From the NCBI GenBank assembly GCA_947649365.1, contig CANSRH010000003.1, positions 12,036 through 76,035 of the forward strand: 64,000 nt of DNA, given 5' to 3'. The notes beneath the pieces are model-generated. The model had not been told where the DNA came from. It searched no databases and saw nothing but the letters and a program-made list of their open reading frames with translations. Positions 28,995 through 39,535 of this stretch are shown in pieces. Position 1 is the first letter of the stretch, and each line of letters opens with the position of its first letter. Source of the stretch: an uncultured Mycoplasmatota bacterium. Its GTDB lineage: Bacteria; Bacillota_I; Bacilli_A; RF39; UBA660. The position numbers and the translations under genes are program-made.

Positions 28995-29303
28995 TTATTT
29001 TATGCTTTTCTTTTTTGGTAAATCTTTACATGTTGCTAAAATAATTTCTTGTATTTTTTCTTTTTCTTCTAGGTCTTCTATAAAATACATAGATTTTGCT
29101 CCTTCATAGGGAATTTGTTCTTCTAAATGAAAAAGTTCATTGCTTTTGGTTTTTTTTATTAACAGTCGATTGTTGTATAGACCTCCAAATAAAATATCGT
29201 TATAATATAAAAGATATTCTCCCATCATTGGATGGCATTTTATTGGTTGTAATTCTTGTAGTTGTTCTAATACAAAGTCTTTAAAGTCATTCGTGGTTCG
29301 CAT
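28995..29303 (-). CDS. TfoX/Sxy N-terminal domain protein
   Basis: MMGEYLLYYNDILFGGLYNNRLLIK ... AKSMYFIE pattern resembles TfoX_N. Confidence 0.45.
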   Translation of the reverse strand: MRTTNDFKDFVLEQLQELQPIKCHPMMGEYLLYYNDILFGGLYNNRLLIKKTKSNELFHLEEQIPYEGAKSMYFIEDLEEKEKIQEIILATCKDLPKKKSIK

Positions 29304-29337
29304 TTTTTTCTTCCTTTTTTTTTATCTTCTATCTTTT

Positions 29338-29958
29338 TTAATAGATACTCTTGGAATATTTATAAACTACTTTTGGAATAGGTCCTATTTGATTATTTTT
29401 CTCTAATTTTAAAACATGTAGAAATGTTTCTGCACTTTCTTTCATATTCATATTTATGGCTTCACAATCTGTTATATCATTATAGGCATTTAAAGTTATT
29501 TGAAATTGTTTTTCTTTTCCCTCATCCTCTTTTGAGGACAATATTATATCTCCTTTTTCTAGAAATAAAAAATAATCTTTACAAATCATTTCTAGAGACC
29601 ACAGAAAAGATTCTTGATAGAAAACTTTCTGGTTGCTTAGAATCTCATTTGGATAACTTGCATTCGCTATTGTCCCTAATATTTGCTCTATGTAATCAAA
29701 AGTATTCATTTCTGGGTGTTCTACTATTGTATTCGTTAACTCACAATAAATTTTTCCCATGCAAACTAAAGCCATATCATATAATTCGATACGTTTCTTA
29801 TGATAAGGAAAACTCGCATATATATCTGTAAACCTTGTTAACGCCTTTAATTGATAAAATCCCAATTTTGATTCTATAAAACTTTCTCCTAATTTGTTAA
29901 ATTCTTTTCTAAATATCATTTGAAAATAGTTCAAATGTACTTTCTCTTTTTGTTTCAT
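29338..29958 (-). CDS. hypothetical protein
   Basis: 206-aa ORF. Confidence 0.4.
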   Translation of the reverse strand: MKQKEKVHLNYFQMIFRKEFNKLGESFIESKLGFYQLKALTRFTDIYASFPYHKKRIELYDMALVCMGKIYCELTNTIVEHPEMNTFDYIEQILGTIANASYPNEILSNQKVFYQESFLWSLEMICKDYFLFLEKGDIILSSKEDEGKEKQFQITLNAYNDITDCEAINMNMKESAETFLHVLKLEKNNQIGPIPKVVYKYSKSIY

Positions 29959-30004
29959 TTAAAAACACATCCTTTTTTGGTGTTATTATACACACTATTC
30001 TTTT

Positions 30005-31153
30005 TTAGTCAATTTTTCTTTTTTTATGTGAAATAAAATTTGTTAGAAGAATAAAACCTATTGAAAATAGTAGTACTATTCCCATATTTAATAAAAGTGG
30101 CTTTATTCCTTCTAAATTGATAGTTTCTAAAGTTTTTATACTTTCGTTGTTTTTTATAAAGTAAAAAGACGGCAAAAGATGTGCTATTTTTAAAACGACA
30201 TTTGGTAGCATTTCCATAGGGACAAAGGCTCCACATAGAAAACTTGATCCTAAAGCAATCACATTTACAATTCCATTGATTGCATTTTTATTCATGACTA
30301 AATTGCTTAGTAAGAAAGCTATTGTTAAAGCACAGAATGTAAATATGAAAGCATTTACTATATAAAGAAGTCCATGTATAGAAAACATGATGTTACCAAG
30401 AAGTAGAATACTTAATCCTATGTAAATGAGCCAAAGTGTGAATGCAAATACACCATTGGAGAGTAATAATTTTAAATTCAATTCTTTTTCTTTTGTTTTA
30501 CTTATGATTGTACGTTTTTTTATTGCTTCCTTTTTAAAGCTGGTAAGTAGTAAACAAATCACATAAATACAACCAGCAAGAGTACAATAATTGGTAAAGT
30601 TAAAGTAAAAACTTGCTTTTTCTAGAGCAGAGTTGTCTAATTGAGAAGTCATTTCCATTTCTAATTCTTGATTTAGAACCTCATTGATTTTATTTATTAT
30701 TTCATTCTCGTCTGTTTCTAATTCATTATATATATTTGCTATTTTGTAATATCTTTTTAACATCATTTCTGCAAGAGAAGCATGGTAACTATCTGTACTT
30801 TTTACTTTTATTTCTGGGTATTGATGATTTAAGAAATCCTTTCTAAAATTTTTAGGAATATAAATAATATAACTTACATCTCTATAAAATAGTGCATCAT
30901 TTCTTTTTTCTTCTGTTGGTTCGATTTCTTTATTGTTGCTATTTTGCTCTAAGTATTCGATTAGATTTTTTGTGATTCCTTTTTCTTCGTCTTGATTAAC
31001 AATTAGTATATCTGGTTTTGTTTCTTGAAATGACATTTGCTGATTTTCTGTTTGTAAGTTCATTCCTCCAAAGAATATTAAAAAAATAGTGTATAAAAGA
31101 ATGGGAGCTTTGCATTTATTTACTATTTTTATATATGTTTTAAATATTGTCAT
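30005..31153 (-). CDS. ABC-2 family transporter permease
   Basis: N-terminal TM, large loop, 5 C-terminal TM; overlaps upstream permease. Confidence 0.6.
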   Translation of the reverse strand: MTIFKTYIKIVNKCKAPILLYTIFLIFFGGMNLQTENQQMSFQETKPDILIVNQDEEKGITKNLIEYLEQNSNNKEIEPTEEKRNDALFYRDVSYIIYIPKNFRKDFLNHQYPEIKVKSTDSYHASLAEMMLKRYYKIANIYNELETDENEIINKINEVLNQELEMEMTSQLDNSALEKASFYFNFTNYCTLAGCIYVICLLLTSFKKEAIKKRTIISKTKEKELNLKLLLSNGVFAFTLWLIYIGLSILLLGNIMFSIHGLLYIVNAFIFTFCALTIAFLLSNLVMNKNAINGIVNVIALGSSFLCGAFVPMEMLPNVVLKIAHLLPSFYFIKNNESIKTLETINLEGIKPLLLNMGIVLLFSIGFILLTNFISHKKRKID

Positions 31154-32300
31154 ATTTTTGCCTCCTAAGTGTGTATGCAGTGATGATAAATAAAAGGATT
31201 GCGAAAAGAAGTAAACTTATGATATCTCCTATGTATCGATTGAAAGACTCATCATAGTATAACGAATAAAAGCCATCGGTGATTCTGCTTGCTGGATTGA
31301 TTTTGTTTAGAAAAGGAATGTTTTTGTCAATGATGTATTTCATACTGATTCCCATCATTCCAGATAGAAAACAACCTGCCATGGTTATCGATAGGATGAT
31401 CCCTGTTTTGGTATTTTCATTGGTTTTTAAAACGGCAGCAACACTTATTCCTAGTGCAAGTCCTGCTAGACTTCCAACAACTGCTAGAAAAATAACAAGA
31501 AGAATGTTGTTTCCATAGTCTACTTTTAGTACGAATATTGTGTAGAAAAAGAGAAGCGCTATTCCAATCAATTGGGTTAAAAAACTTGCACAAATACTGC
31601 TTAGTAGTAATTTGCTTTTTCTGATAGGACTTACGGATATTCTTTTTCCTGTGTTTGACATATTGGCAAGATTTTGGTTAATTGCTACCATTCCAAGGAT
31701 TCCTCCATAAAGACAAGTCATTGCGATTAAGGTATAGTATTCAATCATGGTATAACTTAAATTTTCACTGGATATGTTATTGATATTTGCTTCGTTGTTT
31801 TCTAAAATGGTTTGGATTTCTTTTTCTATATTTTGATAAAAATCTGGTGTGAAACTGGTCCAATCTTCCATTTTCTTTTCTAGAATCGATTTACTTACTT
31901 CTTCTTGCTGTTTTATTTCTTCCATCACATATTTTAAAATGGTTTCATTGATTCCTGAGGAGCGAATGACAATTTTCAGGTTTTCGTTTAAAAGAATATA
32001 TCCGTCAATTTCATTGTTTTTTAGTAATTCTTTTGCTTCCTCTTCTTTTTTGTATTGTAAATTAAAAATTTGGTTTTCACTTTTTTCATCACTGAGTGTT
32101 TCTAATGCTGCTTTTATATTTTTATTTTCTTTTTCTTCTACGACGGCGATTGGAATAGGATTGCTTTTTTCCTTTTCTTCTATTCCACTAAAAGCCATCG
32201 CAAAAAAAGTGCCTAAGATGATTGGAAATGCGAATGTCCAAAATATTAACATTTTGTTTTTGAAGAGAATTTTTAAGCTATAGTTAAAATTATGTATCAT
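31140..32300 (-). CDS. ABC-2 family transporter permease
   Basis: same topology; 4-bp overlap with ATPase gene. Confidence 0.6.
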   Translation of the reverse strand: MIHNFNYSLKILFKNKMLIFWTFAFPIILGTFFAMAFSGIEEKEKSNPIPIAVVEEKENKNIKAALETLSDEKSENQIFNLQYKKEEEAKELLKNNEIDGYILLNENLKIVIRSSGINETILKYVMEEIKQQEEVSKSILEKKMEDWTSFTPDFYQNIEKEIQTILENNEANINNISSENLSYTMIEYYTLIAMTCLYGGILGMVAINQNLANMSNTGKRISVSPIRKSKLLLSSICASFLTQLIGIALLFFYTIFVLKVDYGNNILLVIFLAVVGSLAGLALGISVAAVLKTNENTKTGIILSITMAGCFLSGMMGISMKYIIDKNIPFLNKINPASRITDGFYSLYYDESFNRYIGDIISLLLFAILLFIITAYTLRRQKYDNI

Positions 32301-33238
32301 TGGTCTCTTAGTTCCTTTCCAGTTAATTCTAAGAATACATCGTTTAGCGTTGGACGCTCTGAGAAGATTTTATTGTAGGAAATGTGTTGTTTTTTTAAGT
32401 AATCGATTAATTCGATGACATTGTTTTTTCCTTTTTTGTAAGTTAATATTAAAAGATTATGATCGTAGGTGATTTCTTCTAAGTTTTTGATTTCTTTCAT
32501 TTTTTCTAGTTGTTTTTCGGTTAGATTCGCAATTTCTATGGTTACTTTTTCTTCGATATTGGCAAGTGTTTTCAATTCGTCAGTGGTTCCACTTGCTAAT
32601 AGTTTTCCTTTGTCTAAAATGATAACTCGATCACATACTATTTCTACTTCTTCCATGTAATGAGTTGTATAAAGAATGGTTGCTCCGTTTTCTCTTAATT
32701 TTTTTATTCCGTTTAAAATGTTATTTCTACTTTGTGGGTCTACAGCAACTGTAGGTTCGTCTAGAAAGATGAGTTTTGGTTTATGAGCAATACCACAGGC
32801 GATATTGAGTCTTCTTAGTAAACCGCCGGAAAGTTGCTTTGGATAGAATTTTTTGTAGTTTTCTAGTCCTACTAATTCCAAGGCTTCTTCTATGTACTGA
32901 TTTCTTGTCGTTTTGTCTTTTATATATAACCCACAAAAATACTCAATGTTGTCTTTTACATTCAATTCTTCAAATACTGCTACTTCTTGGAATACAACAC
33001 CAATCTCTTTTTTGATTTCATAAGCATCCGGTGTCATTTCTTGACCAAAAATTTTAATACTTCCACTTTTATAATCTAGTAGGGATAACATACAATTGAT
33101 GGTAGTCGTTTTTCCACTTCCATTGGGGCCTAAGAGTCCTACAATTTCTCCTTCGTAAACAGAAAATGATAAATTATCTACCGCTTTTTTCTTTTTGTAT
33201 TCTTTGGTGATATTTTTTATTTCTATTACTTTTTTCAT
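32297..33238 (-). CDS. ABC transporter ATP-binding protein
   Basis: Walker A GPNGSGKTT, signature LSGGLLRRL, Walker B IFLDEP. Confidence 0.85.
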   Translation of the reverse strand: MKKVIEIKNITKEYKKKKAVDNLSFSVYEGEIVGLLGPNGSGKTTTINCMLSLLDYKSGSIKIFGQEMTPDAYEIKKEIGVVFQEVAVFEELNVKDNIEYFCGLYIKDKTTRNQYIEEALELVGLENYKKFYPKQLSGGLLRRLNIACGIAHKPKLIFLDEPTVAVDPQSRNNILNGIKKLRENGATILYTTHYMEEVEIVCDRVIILDKGKLLASGTTDELKTLANIEEKVTIEIANLTEKQLEKMKEIKNLEEITYDHNLLILTYKKGKNNVIELIDYLKKQHISYNKIFSERPTLNDVFLELTGKELRDQ

Positions 33239-33329
33239 ATTTTTTTCTCCTTTGTTTCTCTTTTAGCGTTCTATTTGCTATTTATTATTTTAATTAAAAA
33301 AGAAACTCCTGTAAAGGAATTTCCATTTT

Positions 33330-35450
33330 TTATTTTTTTACTGCTCTCTCTCGTATGATACCTTTATTCAAAATTTCTTGGTCCTTTTCACTTAGTAAAT
33401 CGCGATTTTTAAATAAATCTTCATGAATGACTTCTCCTCTTTTATGAACACCATAGACATTACCGCGAGGTGTGAGTTGAAGTTCTGCTTTGAAATTTTT
33501 CTCAGTTGGGCTTCTAAATTCGATAAAATCATGTTTTATTTTTTCTTCTCCATAACAATTTTCATTGTAAGGCATATAAAGTGTATCACAAAAAGCTTGT
33601 AAGGCTGTATTAAATATTTGTTCATACGCTTTACTTTTTGGCTGTGTATACTTTTGATAAGTTTTATAATAATAAACAGCAAATTGGCCTGGCTCTATAA
33701 ATTGCAAATAAGGATTTTTTCCTACCAATGCATATTTCGTATCGGTGATACGATTAAAAAAGGTCGAAGTGACACCACAACAATCGTCATAAGTCCCATC
33801 TGATTCTGCTGCTACTCCTCCAACTGTGTCATAAAGTTCTTGTATAGAACCCATTTCATAATGCTCAATAATATAATCTATTTTTACTTCATTTATTTTT
33901 TTATACAATGCTAAAAGTCTTTGCTCGTCTATTGTTAACTCTTTTTCTTTCTTTTTATATAAATTTGTAAATTCATGAACATCCGTTATTTCGTAATAAT
34001 CTAAAATATATTTTTCTTTTTCCGTTACAGTTGGAAAATCTAATACTTCCCAAAAAATATTTAATTTTGTTTCTTCTGCTATCTTGGTATTCAATATGTA
34101 ATTTATTTTGTCTTTTCTTGTTGTTACATGAAAGGCAGATTGGTAAGAGAGAAATGCTTCTATAAATTCTTCTTCCCTTACTAATTTACTTTCAAGTAAT
34201 GTATTGAATAAGGTTTCAAATGGTACAATATCTGCTTTTATAATGCTTTCTATTATTTGCGTTACTGACTTATGGTTCGTCGTTATCAAATCTTGAAAAA
34301 TAATTGAAAATGGTACATCTTTTATTAATAAAGTAGACCATATTTTTTGGTCAAAATTCAAACTTTTTTCATTGAAAATAAAAGAAAATTTTTCTTGGTA
34401 AGTATGCTTGGAATTTACAATGTATTCTATACTTTCGGAAGGTTTTAATCCAGCATCCTTTAAAAGATATTGAAAGTTTATTTGATAGGCTATTCTATTG
34501 GAATTTGCTATTGCCTTCATTTTGGGTTCTTGTGGTATTTTCTTATTTTCTATTAAATAATTATATATCGTTCTAAAGTCTACCAAATCAGAATGAATTA
34601 TTGCATTTATTTTGTATTCATAAGAACTATCTGGAATTTCTAAAACAGCATCAAATGTATTTTTGTAGTTGGTTGCATTTAAATCTAGTAGTTGTCTTAT
34701 TTTTTCTTCTGAAGATAGTCTTTTATTGTTACTTATCTTTTCAAATTGTACTTCGTAACTTTCTACTTCTAGTATTTCTTCGTTTCCAAAAAAATCTTCT
34801 ATTGTTTCAAAAGTGCTTTCTATATCTTCTTGAATCCATTCCATACACTCAGAAATATGCATTCCTAATGTTTTTGCATGTTCTTTTATTCCACCCATAT
34901 TTAAAAATATGTTTAAGGAAATTGTAAGACATAAAGAAATAAACCCAGTGGATATTAATTGGTTTTTATATGAATTTTCTAGTATCGGTGCTTTTCTAGC
35001 AAAGTTTTGTATTCTATTTTCTTTTTCTTTCCTGTCTAGTTGTTCTGCTAATTCTAAAATCATTACAATCCATTGTTTTTTTGAACGGAAAGAAACTATT
35101 TCTGTTTGATTTGGTGCTTCATATAACATAAGTTCCATTTTTTGCATTAGCTCATTAGCAATCATTTCTTCTATAGGAGAAATGATTTTCTTTGCTTCTT
35201 GCATCACTTCTTGTTGTTTTTTTATATACTCTATTTTTTTCTCCGTTTGGTTTGTTTTTTCACATGCTTTTTTCTCTTTTTTTAGTTCCACATATTGTCT
35301 TGCTAAATTGTCGAGAGCTGGTCCATATAGTTTCCCTATATGGTATAAAGAAATAAGCACTGTCTTTAGTACTATATTTGCATTATTCATTGATTCATAG
35401 TTGTTTTGCTTTCTCATAAAAATACTCCCCTTAAAAATCGCCTTGTCCAT
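33330..35450 (-). CDS. large hypothetical protein (706 aa) with one internal hydrophobic segment
   Basis: no family recognised; Cys-containing C-terminal region (DDCCGVTS...). Confidence 0.45.
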   Translation of the reverse strand: MDKAIFKGSIFMRKQNNYESMNNANIVLKTVLISLYHIGKLYGPALDNLARQYVELKKEKKACEKTNQTEKKIEYIKKQQEVMQEAKKIISPIEEMIANELMQKMELMLYEAPNQTEIVSFRSKKQWIVMILELAEQLDRKEKENRIQNFARKAPILENSYKNQLISTGFISLCLTISLNIFLNMGGIKEHAKTLGMHISECMEWIQEDIESTFETIEDFFGNEEILEVESYEVQFEKISNNKRLSSEEKIRQLLDLNATNYKNTFDAVLEIPDSSYEYKINAIIHSDLVDFRTIYNYLIENKKIPQEPKMKAIANSNRIAYQINFQYLLKDAGLKPSESIEYIVNSKHTYQEKFSFIFNEKSLNFDQKIWSTLLIKDVPFSIIFQDLITTNHKSVTQIIESIIKADIVPFETLFNTLLESKLVREEEFIEAFLSYQSAFHVTTRKDKINYILNTKIAEETKLNIFWEVLDFPTVTEKEKYILDYYEITDVHEFTNLYKKKEKELTIDEQRLLALYKKINEVKIDYIIEHYEMGSIQELYDTVGGVAAESDGTYDDCCGVTSTFFNRITDTKYALVGKNPYLQFIEPGQFAVYYYKTYQKYTQPKSKAYEQIFNTALQAFCDTLYMPYNENCYGEEKIKHDFIEFRSPTEKNFKAELQLTPRGNVYGVHKRGEVIHEDLFKNRDLLSEKDQEILNKGIIRERAVKK

Positions 35451-35486
35451 AATACAATATTTTCATGAGAAAGTCAATTTTGAGAG

Positions 35487-36215
35487 TTATAGTTTTTCTA
35501 AGGTTTTCTTTCCTTTTTTTGCTTGTTCGTATTCTTCATGATGTTTGATTTTATAGATTTTACCATCTTTTTTAAAGTTGGATCCAGTTTGATGAAAACT
35601 AAATTTCACTTGATAAATGTCACATGTTTTTTTTATCTGTTTTATCCAATCAAAATCACAAAGACGAGCATTTTCATAAGATTCTCCTCCAACAGAAATT
35701 AATTCTATTTTTCTTGTTTTTAAATACTTACTAAAGTCAATCGCTTCTAGTAAAGGGGAAGCAAATATATATCGATGTTTAATAGCGCAGTTTAAAAAGA
35801 TTGGAAGTCGTTTGTCTGCACATTTTTGATTTTCACATGTGACTGCTATGATTACATTTTCATAACCATCTTCCCAATCACTCGGAATACATTCACTAAA
35901 TCGTTCTATTCGTTTGGTAGGAATGAGAAATTGAATGTCTCTGCGCTTTTTTATTATTTCCCAAGCTTCTTTTCTCCACTCGTCTGCTTCTTTTAGAAAA
36001 AAATCTGAGGTAAAGCAAGTGGCAAGTTCTGTTCCAGATGGAATCTTATCTCTTCCTTTTTTATCTTTTTTGAGTGGTAAGTGAAAATTGGTTTTGGATT
36101 TCGTAATCTCACTAGCATCTTTATCATGCAATTGATCTAAATAATAGACATAACAATTTTTACATCCTGGACTACATTTTTGACAACCATGCCAAGGATT
36201 CCATTGATAACGCAT
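35487..36215 (-). CDS. DUF5131 (phage Gp37/Gp68-like) family protein
   Basis: N-terminal WNPWHGCQKCSPGCKNCYVY matches the family signature; start placed at internal Met (ORF extends to 36308). Confidence 0.6.
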   Translation of the reverse strand: MRYQWNPWHGCQKCSPGCKNCYVYYLDQLHDKDASEITKSKTNFHLPLKKDKKGRDKIPSGTELATCFTSDFFLKEADEWRKEAWEIIKKRRDIQFLIPTKRIERFSECIPSDWEDGYENVIIAVTCENQKCADKRLPIFLNCAIKHRYIFASPLLEAIDFSKYLKTRKIELISVGGESYENARLCDFDWIKQIKKTCDIYQVKFSFHQTGSNFKKDGKIYKIKHHEEYEQAKKGKKTLEKL

Positions 36216-36296
36216 TTTATCACCTTCTTTTTTATTATAACATGCCCACTCCTTCTTTGTACTAGAGGAATAACCTATATAGTAAGGGAGGAAATT

Positions 36297-37100
36297 ATGA
36301 TAGAACAAATATTAGGTTTACATCCTATTTTACAAGCGGGTCTTGCTACTTTGTTTACTTGGAGTGTAACCGCCATCGGCTCTTCACTGGTGTATTTTTT
36401 TAAACGCATTAATAAAAATTTAATGGATGGTATGCTTGGTTTTGCGGCTGGAGTTATGATTGCTGCTTCTTTCTTTTCTTTGATTGCACCAGCTATTACA
36501 ATGGCAGAAAATTTAAATTTGATTCCTTGGCTTATTGTTTTTATTGGCTTTTTTTGTGGAGGACTACTTTTATTTATTGGAGATAAAATTTATGATATTT
36601 ATGAGAAAAAACATCCTTTGAAGGAAGGAAAAACAAGTTATAAACGATGTTTTATGCTTATAAGTTCCATCACTCTTCACAATATTCCTGAGGGAATGGC
36701 TGTGGGTGTCGCTTTTGGTTCTGTTATTTATGGACTTGATGGAGCAACTATTGCAGCAGCTTGGACTTTGGCACTTGGAATTGGACTTCAAAATTTTCCA
36801 GAAGGAACTGCAGTTAGTATGCCTCTTCGTCGTGAAGGGATGAGTAGAAATAAATCTTTTTTCTTAGGACAATTAAGTGGCGTTGTGGAACCAATCGCAG
36901 GTATTGTTGGTGCTATTTTGGTTGTAAAGGCGCGCATTCTTCTTCCATTTTTACTTGCTTTTGCTGCTGGTGCTATGATTTACGTCGTTGTGGAAGAGTT
37001 GATTCCAGAGAGTCAAACCAATAAGAAAAAAGATGAAATGGCTTTGTTCACGTTGATTGGTTTTTCAGTTATGATGATTTTAGATATTGCTTTGGGATAA
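36297..37100 (+). CDS. ZIP family metal (zinc) transporter
   Basis: HNIPEGMAVGVAFG and HNFPEGTAV motifs; AGGGAGG RBS before ATG at 36297. Confidence 0.75.
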   Translation: MIEQILGLHPILQAGLATLFTWSVTAIGSSLVYFFKRINKNLMDGMLGFAAGVMIAASFFSLIAPAITMAENLNLIPWLIVFIGFFCGGLLLFIGDKIYDIYEKKHPLKEGKTSYKRCFMLISSITLHNIPEGMAVGVAFGSVIYGLDGATIAAAWTLALGIGLQNFPEGTAVSMPLRREGMSRNKSFFLGQLSGVVEPIAGIVGAILVVKARILLPFLLAFAAGAMIYVVVEELIPESQTNKKKDEMALFTLIGFSVMMILDIALG

Positions 37101-37128
37101 AAAAACTTGCTTCGTTGCAAGTTTTTGT
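37101..37128. terminator. bidirectional rho-independent terminator
   Basis: AACTTGC-ttcgtt-GCAAGTT with flanking A-run and T-run. Confidence 0.6.
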
Positions 37129-37132
37129 TTTC

Positions 37133-38029
37133 TTATTTTTTCTTTTGTCTAAAATATTTCATTTCTTGATTTTCTTCTAGGTCTATTCCTGTATTGTAAG
37201 AAATATTTGGAAAATAATGTTTTAATGATTCTAAACTTTGACTTCCATACAAATATTTGTTAACTTCTACAATCGCTTGGTAAGCATTTTCTATACTCTT
37301 TAAATATAAGTCCATTGCACTTTTAGATGAGATTGTTCCTGTTACTGGATGTCTCCATGCTTCATGAGATTCATTGGCAATTTCTTCTTTCGTCAGTTGA
37401 TTGTGTTTCAAATATCTTTGGAAACTAATGAATGTTTCACAAATTTCTTGATTGTTTAAATGAGTCATTTTTAGAAGATTTTCCCCAAGTAAAATCAATT
37501 CTATGATTGTCTGATAGTTTCTTCCTATGTGCTTTAAATGATACGTTTCTAAGTAAATTTCATCCAATGCTTTTGTACATTCCTTTGGTGGTAAAGTAAA
37601 AAATTCACTTATTTCTAAATTCAATATAGATTCTTTCCGTCTTTTTTCTATAAAATAAGCACTTAAATAACTTTCTACTAAAGTATGTGCATCTAAAAAC
37701 TGACCTATGACTGGTTTTGTTCCTTTTTCAATGTAATAAATATAAGGATGAATAGATGTGTCTAAAAAGAAATGACAAATATGTCCATATAGTGTAGCAA
37801 TAATGGAGGCATTTTCCATTTCTTTTTCTGTTTTTACTTTTTTTAAAAAGTGTAATAAAAATTCTTGTGTTTTTTTAGTATGGGTTAGCGTATTGTGAGC
37901 AGATAAATCGATGCCATGAGAAAATGTAGTCATGAATTTAGGATTTAGCTCTATTTGTAGATTTTTTTCTTGTTCTAATTTTTCATACGTTTCTTTAGCC
38001 ATTTGCGCATGAGTGATATATGCAGCCAT
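37133..38029 (-). CDS. zinc-dependent phospholipase C family-like protein (tentative)
   Basis: N-terminal ITHAQMA, later GHICHFFLDTSIHPY and DAHT His-rich motifs. Confidence 0.35.
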   Translation of the reverse strand: MAAYITHAQMAKETYEKLEQEKNLQIELNPKFMTTFSHGIDLSAHNTLTHTKKTQEFLLHFLKKVKTEKEMENASIIATLYGHICHFFLDTSIHPYIYYIEKGTKPVIGQFLDAHTLVESYLSAYFIEKRRKESILNLEISEFFTLPPKECTKALDEIYLETYHLKHIGRNYQTIIELILLGENLLKMTHLNNQEICETFISFQRYLKHNQLTKEEIANESHEAWRHPVTGTISSKSAMDLYLKSIENAYQAIVEVNKYLYGSQSLESLKHYFPNISYNTGIDLEENQEMKYFRQKKK

Positions 38030-38278
38030 TTTTTTCTCCTTTTTTTGCCCTTTATTTTAACTCTTTTTTTCTTTCTGTCAAGATTTCAATTATATTCGCT
38101 TATCTAGCTTCTATTCTATTTTTTTCGGTTGTTTACAACATTTGCGATTGCAATGCAAAGCCAACAACATCCTAAAAAAAGATTGAATATTTCTTTTCCT
38201 GTCCAATAAACAATAAAGAAACAAATGGAAGCTAAAAGAGATAAGAAACTGGCTATTTTATTTCTATTCATACTTCCC

Positions 38279-38620
38279 CTATTCTTTTTCTAAATCAATG
38301 TTGGTATAGGCTCCTAAATCGTATACAGAGTATCCTAATTTTTTTAATACCTCGTAGGCTGTTTTGCTTCGTGCACCACTTCTGCAATAAACAAAAATAG
38401 TTTTATTTTTATCTAAGTTTGTACTTTCGTCTATTGTATCGTAGGGAATGTTTATTGCTTCTTTTATATGTCCACTTTCGTATTCTTCTTTTGTTCTTAC
38501 ATCTACAATGGTGTATTCTTTTTCTTTCATGATTTCTTTATAAGATAAATTATTATTTTCTTTGCTACTGCAACCTAAAAGACACAAGCTTATTAGTAAT
38601 AATGTGATTATTTTTTTCAT
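38279..38620 (-). CDS. rhodanese-domain lipoprotein
   Basis: lipobox LLGCSS; active-site YCRSGARS. Confidence 0.65.
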   Translation of the reverse strand: MKKIITLLLISLCLLGCSSKENNNLSYKEIMKEKEYTIVDVRTKEEYESGHIKEAINIPYDTIDESTNLDKNKTIFVYCRSGARSKTAYEVLKKLGYSVYDLGAYTNIDLEKE

Positions 38621-38638
38621 TCTATCCCTCTTCTTTTT

Positions 38639-39535
38639 TTATTTTATCACATTATTTTCTATTTTTATAAAAGACTTTATTTTTTCTATCAATAATTCTT
38701 TTATTATTTCCTCTTCTAAAATATTTATAGAAAATGTTTTGCTACCTGCATGATTTATACTTGCTCCACAATGATAAATTGTATTTTGGTCTATAATAAA
38801 ATATCTATCATGAAAAGAGTTATCAAATACCACTTGTAAATTGTTGTATTGTTCTTGGTATTTTTTTATATCTAATTCATTTAGTTTTTCCTTTGGTTTT
38901 ACAATCAAAATAACTTTTACATTTAATTCTTTTATCATATCTAATACAATTTTGTCTGCATAACCATCAATAATAATTAATTCTTGTTTTGTGCTTTTAA
39001 ATATATCTATTATTTTAGAATAGGAGTCAAATACTTGACCATTAAAATAGATTTCATTTACTTTTCTTTTTTCTTCAAATTTGGAAAATGATTCTTGTAA
39101 CAAATGAATGTCTTCTGTATTTTTCATAACTTGGTTGTTGATATATTTTTGCTCTAATAAGTTATTTCCTATATATTTTCTCATTGCAACAAAGGCATCC
39201 ATTATTCCTATACTTATTTCTTCCGCTACTTTTGTTTTTAATATTGCACTTAACATGGCAACACCTTGCTCTGTAAATACGTATGGTAAAGTTCTATTCA
39301 TGTTATAATTTGTGGTTTCATTTTGAAACCGCAGACTATTCCATTCCTCTTTTGTTAATTGAAACATATATCTCTTTGGAAATCGATTCATGTGTCTTTT
39401 TACAGCCAAATTTAAAGATTTTGTACCATTAGCACATTGGTATAATCTTGCTAAATCTTTATCTAACATTACTTGTTTTCCTCTTATTTCATATATTAAT
39501 TTTTCAATATTTATAGTTTCTATTATTTCGTTCAT
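38639..39535 (-). CDS. ORF6N (KilA-N-like) DNA-binding domain protein with uncharacterised C-terminal domain
   Basis: KLIYEIRGKQVMLDKDLARLY...KRYMFQLTKEEW. Confidence 0.5.
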   Translation of the reverse strand: MNEIIETINIEKLIYEIRGKQVMLDKDLARLYQCANGTKSLNLAVKRHMNRFPKRYMFQLTKEEWNSLRFQNETTNYNMNRTLPYVFTEQGVAMLSAILKTKVAEEISIGIMDAFVAMRKYIGNNLLEQKYINNQVMKNTEDIHLLQESFSKFEEKRKVNEIYFNGQVFDSYSKIIDIFKSTKQELIIIDGYADKIVLDMIKELNVKVILIVKPKEKLNELDIKKYQEQYNNLQVVFDNSFHDRYFIIDQNTIYHCGASINHAGSKTFSINILEEEIIKELLIEKIKSFIKIENNVIK

